Shown piece by piece: positions 1-9,760 of a stretch of DNA of 20,000 nt. Below the pieces are notes generated by a model, which was not told the origin of the DNA, did no database searches, and worked only from the letters and a program-made list of their open reading frames with translations. Origin of the DNA: Asterionella formosa (lineage: Eukaryota); contig NKIB01013024.1 of the NCBI GenBank assembly GCA_002256025.1, forward strand, positions 45,223-65,222. The letters are read 5' to 3'. The position numbers were made by a program, and so were the translations under genes. Each line of letters opens with the position of its first letter. The first letter of the stretch is position 1.

Positions 1-404
1 TACACTGTGCTCTGTTCAACAATTACTACACTCGGTTACCATCACACCAGTTCCACCTCCACAAGTGCCGCAAAAAGCTCCGCGAAAAGCTCCGCGTTTC
101 CCTTCCACTGTTTAACATCATTGTCTCCTGTCCCTTTGACAACTTTCCAAATGGCATTTCACAGATCTCATGGAAAGGATCAGTCAAACAAGAAACAAGA
201 CTTACTTCCATTGTTTACACTACATGACTTTATGTTTTCGGAAAAGAAAATGAAGAAACTTATGAAATCAATCGAAGATTCCTTTGAATACACTCAAATA
301 ACAGATGAATTTGAACAGATTCATAATACTCCAGAAAAAATAATGAAGTATGCTGATACAATAGTGGCTGAGATTGAAAGGAAGGAAAGATTGCTTTCGA
401 AGAG

Positions 405-1240
405 TTGCACACACGCCCCGCCTGTTTCCGCGAACTTGTCCCCACTCCACCTACTTTCATTGGCGCTTGTGACGCTTCTGGACACGTTATGGGAGGAGTT
501 TGGTTCCCTCCTTCCCCTTTCCCGCCCATCCCAACCTCCGCCCGTCACACCGCCGAACTCATCACAGTAGTGGCTGTGACAATCTCGCCACTGTTGCTTG
601 GCAACACAAGGGTCTTCCACCACCACGTCGGCCCATGCCTACTTGTTATGCCAAGCCTCCTTTCACCAATGGCAGCATCGGTACCACGAACAAATTCACT
701 TTATTCCTGGGACTCATAACACCATGGCAGACACCACGAGCCGCTCTTTTCACATGTCCGACTCCGACTTTCTCACCCATTTCAATTCCCACTTTTCTCA
801 GCCCACCTCTTGGACACTACACCACTTGCGACATGAGATGATCTCCTCACTGATCATCACGCTGTGCAAGAGGCCATCGCTTCTGGCGTCATAGCCTCCC
901 GCACCCGTGCTGCCTCCTCAGCTTGGAAACTGTGGGTCTCTTTTTGCACATCCCTCCACCTCGACCCTCTCCTTCCATCCTTCCAAGATAAAATTCCCGT
1001 CCTAAAAATATTTGCCCACTGTTACCGACACAGCACCATCTCCCCCTCCAAACGACAGGTCCGGGCTCGCACAGTGGAAGATGCTGTGCGTCAGATTGCG
1101 CAGACATACTCCAACTTGGGGTTCCCAGACCCTCGTCTAAACCCCTTTGGGGACCTTGACTTCCGTCTTCTTCACCAACAAAATTCTACGGAAAACTTGA
1201 CTCGCCCCCCTCGCGTGTCGAGCCCATCCCATGTTCTACA
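405..1240 (+). mobile_element. Degenerate tyrosine-recombinase (DIRS/Ngaro-type) retrotransposon fragment: RNase H followed by overlapping YR N-terminal region
   Basis: RNase H motifs across shifted frames: FIGACDASGHVMGGVW, GCDNLATVAW, HFIPGTHNTMADTTSR. An overlapping frame from 864 reads SAWKLWVSFC...RARTVEDAVRQIAQTYSNLGFPDPRLN, resembling the YR N-terminus. C-rich composition, frameshifted, internally deleted, truncated before the YR catalytic core. Confidence 0.72.
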
Positions 1241-1983
1241 ATTCTCTCATCGCAATTATTTGTGCTTCAGCTTTCACTTCTACCTTCCCCCCAATCCAAT
1301 TCTGAACGTTGTTGTAGTAGTGCTGGTTGCCTTGCCGTTGTTCCCCTGCTTTGTTGCATTTACTCCTGACAGATCTGAGTTTGCATTCACGCACTATTGA
1401 ATCCATTTCGTTGTTCCAATCAGCCTTACTAACAAAGAGAAGCAATTCATTGTTAGCTGTTCATGTTTTGCTTACACAAAAACATGCATTTCGCTTTTAT
1501 CTTCACTTACCACAAATTGAGGAGGTAACTGATGCATATTTTTGTAGAAGATTGTGTCAGTCGAAGATTGAATGAGAAGGAAAGTATCAATCAATAAATG
1601 GGCTCCAACACTGCTGTTAGTAACTTACAAATACTGTTTGTCTACCATTATCCTGAAAGAAGCAACACATATGTGTCAGTTTTTCTAACAGTTGTGGATT
1701 GATCTAAAGATGATAGCACTTACCGATTTCTTTAGTCCACATTGATGGTTGGCCAGCCACCAAATCGAAAAGGAGCTATTGAATCACTGAAAGGGGACGA
1801 GTCATTCTGTATTTGTAATCCCAGCAATTGATCATCCTGGCATTTGCTCTTAACAAACCATGATGCATGCTATGCACAGCTTGTTGATTCCGCTCTTCTC
1901 CATCATAGTCACTCCTTCTTAGACGAATGGTGTATCATCGTGCTGTATTGTCTCTTCAGTTATTCGCATCATGTGTTGCCTGA

Positions 1984-2185
1984 GATCCTTCATTTCAGGA
2001 AGTGGATGCACCATAACAAGGAACATGAAAGGCATTTGCTCTTGACTTACCATCAATTGATTCCGTCCTTCCCTTCTTAGCCACAAATATCATTGTGATG
2101 TATTATCAATTTCATTTTCTGTGTCATCTTGTGTGATGATCCTTCATTTCAGGAGCAAAGTGTATGCATGACAAGGAACATGAAA
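1984..2185. repeat. Imperfect ~47-bp direct repeat (1984-2030 and 2138-2185)
   Basis: GATCCTTCATTTCAGGA...ACAAGGAACATGAAA occurs at both positions with a variable middle. Confidence 0.8.
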
Positions 2186-2263
2186 ACATGATTTCAAATG
2201 TTTCAGCCATGAATACATATATATAAAGATTTGTAGAGCCATGATGGCTCTACTGTGCATGCA

Positions 2264-2428
2264 TGTTACAAAGGTGTCGGAAACCCTAGTAAACCCGCCA
2301 TTACCACCATCAAACAGTGTTACCACCTTCACTAGGTGTCTACTTAGCCCACCACAGAAGAGTTGTTTAGTAAACGGGAGTCCTAGGCAAAGTGGCTACA
2401 GCTGCTGTAGCCTGGGATGTGAGTGACA
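2264..2428. repeat. LTR-like direct repeat, copy 1
   Basis: Homologous to 2592-2770; 49 bp from 2267 are identical to those from 2595. Termini TGTTAC...GTGACA form TG..CA ends with a short imperfect inverted repeat. Confidence 0.8.
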
Positions 2429-2591
2429 TAGCAAACATGTCAGCACTTCCCCAGCACCATACACCTCAACCTCCGGTAGTTGAAAAGAAAAAAAATCATT
2501 ATTTCATCAAAATTGCTGACTTCGAAAGCAACCTTGTTGAAAAGCAAACCACACCCACCCCGGAAACCTAGTCTACGGACTCTGTGTACGG

Positions 2592-2770
2592 TGGTACAAA
2601 GGTGTCGGAAACCCTAGTAAACCCGCCATTACCACCATCAAACTGCATTACCACCTACACGAGGTGTCCACTTAGACCACCTACACGAGGTGTCTACTTG
2701 GCCCACCACATAAGAGTTGTGTAGTAGACGGGACTCCAAGCCAAAGCGGCTACAGCCGCTGGGGCGGGAA
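2592..2770. repeat. LTR-like direct repeat, copy 2, with internal 26-bp tandem duplication, abutting the foldback hairpin
   Basis: Homologous to 2264-2428. ACCACCTACACGAGGTGTCYACTTRG is duplicated at 2650-2675 and 2676-2701. Confidence 0.8.
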
Positions 2771-2936
2771 TTGCTGAAGGCAATACACGCCCGAGGCGGT
2801 CTCATGCCTGCGAGTATACATGTGTTCGAGGCTGGGTGGCGCCACTCGTATGGTCTACCTACTCGCGCCACACGGCCTCGAAGATATGTATACTCGCAGG
2901 CATGAGACCACCTCGGGCGTGTCTCGCCTTCAGCAA
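2771..2936. mobile_element. 166-bp foldback/MITE-like long inverted repeat
   Basis: Arms 2771-2842 and 2865-2936 (72 bp each, 7 mismatches by hand alignment, no gaps) with a 22-nt loop. Flanks GCGGGAA / CCGGGAA are a possible TSD. The hairpin is certain; the MITE call is inference. Confidence 0.7.
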
Positions 2937-3052
2937 CCGGGAACAAAAAATTGAGCTGAAGCCGAACTGTCATCTTTTCACAACCTTTTAAAGTCCGCAT
3001 TTTCTTTTTGCATGAAAATACAAGTTTCAAGCGGAGGATCTTTTGAGGAGCA

Positions 3053-6000
3053 ATGTTGTCCCTCCGATATGGGCAACTCCGTCGCCGCACGTTCTATCCA
3101 CCTAGTCTTTGTCACAATGCTGATCAAAAGTTGTGTCACAATGGTAAAAGTAACATCGACGAGTATCCACTTTTGAACAAGGATTTTGGCAGCTCGGATA
3201 CCTATGACATACCGGTATCTTTAGTGAGGTTGAATGCAGAGTCCTCGACAGCAGCTACTAGCAGGAGTGTGTCATCAGATCCCCCAAAGATCTATTCTGA
3301 AGGGTCTGCTGAGACTATTAAGAACTTAAGTTTGGGACTTGCCGTTGTGCCTTCAACTTTCGCCCCTAACGATATCATTGTCACAGAGTCGTCCTCGGAT
3401 GTCAAGAAAAGGTTGGAATATGTGCCGTCATCGGATCCACCAACTAAATACGAGGTGAAAACTGAGTCCGAACGAGGAAGGTCAACGTTCAGGATTGGAC
3501 GAAGGTATTTCAAAAAGGATACGCATTCTGTCGAACTTTCGCATTCGGACCTGCACACTCCAACTACAACAAAGGAAGTTATCGTCGCATCAGATATGCT
3601 GTCAATCTTGAAGAAGAATTCAGATTCCACTAAGAAAGCTGAGAATAGTAATGTGGCATCACATCCTTCGACGAACAGTTCTGCTGACAGGACCAAGATT
3701 GTTGGAAGGGTAATGCAATGCACGAATGTATGGGAGGATATCTCGGTCACCTCGGTCACTGAGTCATCAATTCTTGCCAAGACAAGCTATGGCAACAATG
3801 CAGATTCCTCAATGGACACTGAGAATTGTGTTATGGCTTCACTACCTTCAAAGAGCAGTTATGCTGATAATATTGCTGAGAGTTCTACGAATGTGGGAAT
3901 GGTCACCGAGTCATCAATGATTGCCGAAAGAAGCTTTGGTATAAATACATATTCCTCAATTGAAGCTGAGAACCGTACCGTGGCCTCACTTCCTTTGAAA
4001 AACAGTCATGCTGTCACTGCCAAGAGTACTACGAGTTTGGGAAGGGTAGTGCATCCTACGAGTGTATCCAAGGATATCTTGTTCACAGAGGCAACAATGA
4101 TTGTCGAGACAAGTTTGGTACCTGAGCCATCGACGACTACATCTGCTGAAGTTGACATAGGTAGCACCCCCAAAGGACGAAGATCCAATTCGATTGGACG
4201 TCGTCGATGGTTACGAAGGGGTGTACAAGACGAGCGTTTGACATCTACCAAGTTGGACGGCAGCGATTCCACAGGTGAAACTGTCGCTCTCCCTGAACTG
4301 GATCCGGAGCTGACGACAATGACTACTACTAATAACAGCGTTGATGGTATTCCAACAAAACCTACGAGAATGTCAAATACAAGCGGACCTTTTGATGCGT
4401 CTCTACTCCATTCAAAGGCACATGTGTTATCATCAGATTTGCCTCTTGCTTGCTCGTCTACGTTGAGTCACTTGCAACAAGGAATTTCACGAAGCAAGTC
4501 TCTCTCACGCCTTCCATCCAAAGTTGCAAGGGAAAGGCACTTTGTCGGGAACATTCGATCCTCGTCCTTGGATCGCATTATGTCGAAAATGGAACAATCA
4601 GAGCAAAACTCACTCGCCGAGGATGTTGTGAACGATGTGGCAGCCACATTACAACACATGCAGAGTGAGCTTGAGAGAGCTACCAACCAGGGAAAGCGAG
4701 TCTCAAGGGAACATGTGATTGGGGCTTTGCAAAATGTAATGGGCAAATTGAATGCTGCTGAATATGATAGCCGCAACGAAATGGCACTAGACGGGTGTGA
4801 CACAAGTTTCGTAATTGCAGATTCGCGAGCCTCCAAAATCTCCGTTGTAAACCCCAAGTCGCCATGGGTAGAAAAGACTTTACAATCTGACGAATCCGTC
4901 TCAGATGCTTCATCGGGGACATGCGGCACCAGTAAAACCTCATTGCAAGGAGTGTCGTGGTGGAGAAATAGTCCCAAGGAAAGGCCAAGCTTAGTACATT
5001 ATTTGTCGCGGGACCAAGATCGGTTAGCTTGGGATTCCTTGTTCAGTGACCTTATCTACCCTTTCCAGCCCATTGTTCTCTCACCCTGTGATGTAACTGA
5101 AGTGGACGATACTACGAGGAAGACAAAGGTTTTGCGATCAAACACGAAAACCAGTTCAGGATACAGGTGGGATGAGTTTAATTCAGTTCTAATTGACCTG
5201 GCATCACAATTCGATTGCCTTCACTCTGTGGTTCCTCAAAAGGTCAAGAAGTGTCGATCAATCAAACAACGGAAACGTCCACGTACGTGGTCACAAAAGG
5301 TGCGGAGAATATTATTCAAGACAAAGGCGAAACAGGGAGGAAAGAATTTTAGACCTTCGGGTTCAGCTAATATTACGCAGAAACAAAAATCGCCAAAAAG
5401 GGACGTTCTCAGTGTTCGAATTGCGAATGTAAACTCGAACGGAATCTCAAATCAACAGCAAGCCATTACCCCGGGCAATGCCAATATTCCCATTGCGAAG
5501 CAAATAGCTGCTTGTTCGTCCGAAGCGGCAAAAGCAACCAGTCATGAGCCAGCAGCTGAAAATGAAACTCCAAACGACTCTAGTGTGTCGACACCTTCCA
5601 ATGATGTTGAAATTGTCTATCAGCAATCGCAGCAAGGAAACATCAGCAATCATAATTTGCCGTGGGTGGTCATTGTGCAAAAAGTGACTGCAACCACGGT
5701 ATCGAGCAACGAATCAGTGCATGAAATTTTAACAAAACCCTCAACTCGTAATGGCGACAAAACGGTGCCGGTGGACTTGGAAAGCTTGCGAAGCAAGACC
5801 TTAAAGTGGGCAGAAACAGAGAACATAATTAGTGGTTCGGATGGCTTGCCACTATGTTCTGTGGCATTTGAAAGGAAGAGGAAGGGTAAACCCCGCAACC
5901 GAGCCTTTCGTGCGCTCAAGTCATTTCAAAAGAAGATTGTGAATGCCGCAATGTCAAGTGCTGTGATGCAGCCAAAGAGCATGGCGAGAAGTACTTCGAA

Positions 6001-6496
6001 CATGAATGGGCTCTCCAATCGTGGCTTCTTTGGAAGGTCTTTCAGGCGCAATTCGATGAGGTTAGACAATCCTATTCCAATCACCAACATGGTAGCGTTG
6101 TCAACACCACCAGGGCCTCCTATTTCCTCATCACCAGATCGAGAAAGTCGTCTCAAATACAATTGCAACGAAGATATTGAGGACTTCTTCCTAAATCCCT
6201 GCCACAGTGCTGGAGACAAGATAGTCAATTTCTTTGCTGATGATTTGTGCACAGCAGTAAGACCATCATCGAGAAGAAATAACAATGCTATGCCAAATCA
6301 ACCCATTGACAAAGGGATTAATGGAGATGACGTCGGTTCTGTGTCACAATCTAGTGAAACTACATCCTCCTCCCAGTCTGAGTCTGCCCCTCGCCAACAT
6401 AAGAAGAGTAAGCCTCGAAATATCCGAGCTTTTCTAGTACTGAAGTCATTCCGAAAGAGGAAAGGGTTTGCAGATAGGCAAAGCCATGTGTTATAA
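3053..6496 (+). CDS. Large Ser/Thr-rich, probably disordered hypothetical protein (1147 aa); paralog of 16161-18614
   Basis: 3.4-kb uninterrupted ATG-initiated ORF with normal CpG content and several peptide motifs shared with the 817-aa ORF. No domain recognised. Confidence 0.85.
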   Translation: MLSLRYGQLRRRTFYPPSLCHNADQKLCHNGKSNIDEYPLLNKDFGSSDTYDIPVSLVRLNAESSTAATSRSVSSDPPKIYSEGSAETIKNLSLGLAVVPSTFAPNDIIVTESSSDVKKRLEYVPSSDPPTKYEVKTESERGRSTFRIGRRYFKKDTHSVELSHSDLHTPTTTKEVIVASDMLSILKKNSDSTKKAENSNVASHPSTNSSADRTKIVGRVMQCTNVWEDISVTSVTESSILAKTSYGNNADSSMDTENCVMASLPSKSSYADNIAESSTNVGMVTESSMIAERSFGINTYSSIEAENRTVASLPLKNSHAVTAKSTTSLGRVVHPTSVSKDILFTEATMIVETSLVPEPSTTTSAEVDIGSTPKGRRSNSIGRRRWLRRGVQDERLTSTKLDGSDSTGETVALPELDPELTTMTTTNNSVDGIPTKPTRMSNTSGPFDASLLHSKAHVLSSDLPLACSSTLSHLQQGISRSKSLSRLPSKVARERHFVGNIRSSSLDRIMSKMEQSEQNSLAEDVVNDVAATLQHMQSELERATNQGKRVSREHVIGALQNVMGKLNAAEYDSRNEMALDGCDTSFVIADSRASKISVVNPKSPWVEKTLQSDESVSDASSGTCGTSKTSLQGVSWWRNSPKERPSLVHYLSRDQDRLAWDSLFSDLIYPFQPIVLSPCDVTEVDDTTRKTKVLRSNTKTSSGYRWDEFNSVLIDLASQFDCLHSVVPQKVKKCRSIKQRKRPRTWSQKVRRILFKTKAKQGGKNFRPSGSANITQKQKSPKRDVLSVRIANVNSNGISNQQQAITPGNANIPIAKQIAACSSEAAKATSHEPAAENETPNDSSVSTPSNDVEIVYQQSQQGNISNHNLPWVVIVQKVTATTVSSNESVHEILTKPSTRNGDKTVPVDLESLRSKTLKWAETENIISGSDGLPLCSVAFERKRKGKPRNRAFRALKSFQKKIVNAAMSSAVMQPKSMARSTSNMNGLSNRGFFGRSFRRNSMRLDNPIPITNMVALSTPPGPPISSSPDRESRLKYNCNEDIEDFFLNPCHSAGDKIVNFFADDLCTAVRPSSRRNNNAMPNQPIDKGINGDDVGSVSQSSETTSSSQSESAPRQHKKSKPRNIRAFLVLKSFRKRKGFADRQSHVL
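3754..4047 (+). repeat. In-frame 147-bp (49-aa) coding tandem repeat
   Basis: Units start at 3754 and 3901 (GGTCACYGAGTCATCAAT): VTESSILAKTSYGNNADSSMDTENCVMASLP vs VTESSMIAERSFGINTYSSIEAENRTVASLP. Partial units flank both sides. Confidence 0.85.
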
Positions 6497-7506
6497 CCAG
6501 CAATAATGTTTGAAAACCAAAAAAACCATTTGTATTGGGCATCATGGCATTTTTATATAAGGTCATGGCTGTGATTCGCAGTTTGTAAACCGTCAAATTT
6601 TTTGCTGATGCAAAATTTTTGATGTTGTAATTACTTTTTGATACAGTTTGGATGACCGATGCCATTTCTTTGCTCTGGCTGTATTGTGAGAAGTTGAAGA
6701 CATTATGCAGTTTTATTCACTTGCCAAGTTTTTCACATAGAATTTTCACAAATTTACATGAACTGGATTAATTTAAAAATGCATTTTTCTCGCAGCAGTT
6801 GTACTTCATAGTCAAACATGCATTCAGGAAAGTATCTAATTATCAGTTGTTTTGGTGTAACCATGACTTCTTCATCCTGGTTTGAACTGGCTTACAGTAG
6901 TATCTTCCTTCAAAGAGCTAATGTCATATCATTTCTACTGTGTTATATTTTTTAACTTGAAATTTGATGTTAGTTTCAATCTTGCCAAATTACTTGGTCT
7001 CAAAAATCTTACTTTCTTGGACTTGTTCTTCACCTCAATCCACTCTTTCTTATTGGTCGATTTTGAAAAATTCTTAATTCCAATCATTTCAGTCTTAGAA
7101 GTTTTCTTGCATGTTGGACTCCATCTGTAGAAATGCTATTTCATTTACAAATCCCACTGTTATTTTCCTGAACTGACCTTCTTGTTCTTGTTCCATGGAA
7201 TTCTTCATGACTATTGGTCATGCAGAATGTGCAGTCATTGCAAATTAGTTGTACTAGTGGTGAGATGATAACAGTAATTGTTTATCCTCAACATCCACCC
7301 TCCAACATTCAAGATTCTCATTACTTATCCTTGCTGGCTGCTTTATGGTGTGCAACTTCTCTGGACAGTTTTTGTTCAGTGTGCCAGCTGAGTTCTCTTC
7401 CAATCATACAAACTGTATCATCAAATATCCTTGATCTTCAAGTGCTCAGATGAAATGTGCCCTAACACCAATATGTTTTGTCTGTGCACCCACATGTTGG
7501 TCCTTA

Positions 7507-7735
7507 TTTTTTTCAATTAAATTTTATAGTACATCAAAGCTATCCAATAATTGCACTCAGGCCCCCACAAATAAATGGACACACTTAGTACCAGTTTTAT
7601 TTTTCCATAAGGTACAACAGGAGCTGTCAGCGGCACCCCTGGAACCATAGGGACTGCATGAAAAAGACAGGTGGAGAATGCAGGAGTCAAACCCGCCACT
7701 GCAGAAGGTTGTGCTAACCACAAAACCATTCCCCT
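7507..7735 (-). mobile_element. tRNA-Ala-derived SINE-like element, copy 1
   Basis: Minus strand begins GGGGAAT...GCGGGTTTGACTCCTGCATTCTCCA (acceptor stem with G3:U70, T-arm/B box) and ends in A7. Exact 10-bp flanking duplication CACATGTTGG (7491-7500, 7736-7745). Interrupts the copia RNase H. Confidence 0.8.
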
Positions 7736-7925
7736 CACATGTTGGGGTTCTTTACCAAATAGATAGCTCCTAAATTGTCTTGTCTTCATTTACACACCCA
7801 ACCAATTTCTCCTTGTTTGGATATTAGATCAATTCTTCAAGTAGCATGGATATGAACTTGTTCTCACAGCCATGCTCCTTTTGCCAAAATGATATACTCC
7901 GCTTCTGTGCTTAAGATTTTAACTA

Positions 7926-8162
7926 CAAAAAATGTCAATATAATTTTATAGTACATTAAAGCTATCCAATAATTGCACTTGGGCCCAAATAAATGGACAC
8001 AATTATTACCAGTTTTATCCTTCTGTATGGTACAATGGGACCTGCCTTTTCGTCAGCCTCACACCCCGGAACCCTAGGAACTACATAAAAAAGACAGGTG
8101 GACAATGCAAAAATTGAACCCGCCACTGCAGAAGGGTGTGGTAACCAGTAAGCTATTCCCCT
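7926..8162 (-). mobile_element. tRNA-Ala-derived SINE-like element, copy 2
   Basis: Homologous to copy 1 over ~225 bp. A box-like TAGCTTACTGG and B box-like GGTTCAATT. Degenerate flanking duplication TGCTTAAgAtTtTaACTA (7908-7925) / TGCTTAAcAaTaTgACTA (8166-8183). Splits the VV..LSSTEAEY motif. Confidence 0.75.
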
Positions 8163-9760
8163 GGCTGCTTAACAATATGACTAGGCACTACATGTTGTGT
8201 CTGTGACTCCCAGTTCACCAATGTACCACTGATTATATGTTGACCAGATGAAATGCTCTTCCTGTCATAAATATTCTGTGTTTAGTCTGAGTCTACAAAT
8301 GATATAGGCCTCAGATCCTTTGGGCTCCAATAGGTCAACCATCATATTATCTTGCTTTAATGTGTCCAAGATGTCTTTCAAGAGTTTTACAGTGCTCCTT
8401 GCCTGGGTTTGACAGATGTTGCGCCAACACTTGTGCAAGGTTTGCCAGATCTGGTGCCAACTTTATCATCAGATGATACATTACCCTCACAACCATAGAA
8501 CAATATTCCATCATTTTTACTGGTTCTCTTTGATTCTTCCTGAGGAACTTGTTTGGATACTAGTATCCTGGTGTCTCTGCTGACTCCTTATCATTCTTCC
8601 CAATAATATTTTCGAATGATTCAACAATTTCAACCTCCAACTTTGTCATACCAGCCACAATATAGATTTCACCATTTTTATTCAAGTTTTGCTTTCATAC
8701 CATATGCCAAGATGCTTCTTCAATCTTCCCAAATCCGAAATATTAAACCTCTTCTGCAATTCCAACTTGAACTTTCAATTGTTGAATTCTTTCCAAAGAG
8801 TAAAACATCATCAACATGTACCACAGCAATCAGAATAACTTCATCCACTTTACTTTCCCAGTAATATAAACATGGATCCACCAAGCTCTCTTTGTCATTT
8901 TTGTTTCCTTTGTTAAGTGTTTGCTCAGTTTCTTTGTGAAAAGTCTTGGGGCATGATTGATTCCACCATACATGGCAACTCTTGTCAGCTTTGTGCAAAA
9001 CTTCTTCTGTTCTTCTTCTGTGATAAATCCAAGTTCCACTGCACCTTCCGGCCATTCTGGATTCAAGGTTCTGTGTTTAAGAATGCTGCCTCCCTTCTTC
9101 ATTCTAGTGATATAAAGTTGCAGAAATTGCTGCTGTCCTGACTGTTGTGTCTGTCATTGCAACTGGCAAAAAAGATTCAGTGTAGTCCACTTTGGTGTTG
9201 TACAGACAAGGAGATGGTGGATTACACCAATAGATTGTCAAACCTGTCATTGGTGTGTTGCAATCATTATTGTTTTGCAGGTATCAATGTATGTGTGTTG
9301 TTTGTTGTCCTTTTTCAATTTCTTCTTTTCGCCCTTTCAGAGAGCGAGGCTGTGGTTCTAGTAATAACAAACTGTAAAGGCAGATCAGCAGGGCATGAAG
9401 AATGGTGGAAGAGTGGCTGGGGCAAACAGTGAAGAGACATGAAGTTTGATAATGTGTAAAATTATATGTAAAAGCGCACAGGATGTTTTTTTGGCATACA
9501 TGGTTGAATCAATATATATAGTGTATTGTTCTCTTGTGACTTCTTTCTGAAATCGTCTGAAGTTCTTGACTGACACAGCTGACGCATTGATATATAACTA
9601 CCGGTATGAATAAATGAATGAGCAATGTGTCTCTATACCGGCGAGAATTGCATAGCGTACAAGAAGGAGGTGGCAACCAAACAGCAAAGCAAGCCTTGAC
9701 GACAATATCAGGTCAAAAGATGATCATGACGCCGGAGCCTCGTTGCCCAGAGAATACAAC

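Larger units (their letters stand above)
7293..9330 (-). mobile_element. Degenerate Ty1/copia LTR retrotransposon: RT, RNase H, PPT and start of 3' LTR
   Basis: Minus-strand motifs WPEGAVELGF, AMYG, SLVDPCLYY, VVHVDDVLLFG (RT); FVDSD...DRKSISSG, NWESQTQHVV, LSTEAEYI, DNLGAIYLVKN, TKHIGVRAHFI* (RNase H). PPT-like GGAGGGTGGA (7294-7303) is followed by TGTTG at 7293. Many stops and frameshifts. Confidence 0.9.

Noticed and set aside
7..570. 187-aa ORF as a gene
   Set aside because: Non-ATG start; it runs from an AT-rich segment into an off-frame of the YR-retrotransposon relic, so it looks like a chance chimera.
1400..2200. Possible decayed coding or TE sequence (also 6700-7230 and 18960-19460)
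   Set aside because: Strand-biased composition suggests relics, but I found no assignable motif; left unannotated.
2638..3090. 150-aa minus-strand ORF
   Set aside because: Spans the GC-rich hairpin and repeat; openness is explained by composition.
3292..6285. Antisense ORFs within the large gene (likewise within 9761-11044 and 16161-18614)
   Set aside because: Shadow frames of real coding sequence with no independent motifs.
7672..7734. Functional tRNA-Ala gene
   Set aside because: Only 63 nt, anticodon arm cannot form, B box decayed; it sits inside a TSD-flanked insertion.
7507..8162. The two ~230-bp repeats as LTRs of one element or a tandem duplication
   Set aside because: No TG..CA ends, each has its own flanking duplication, and the spacer is contiguous copia RNase H.
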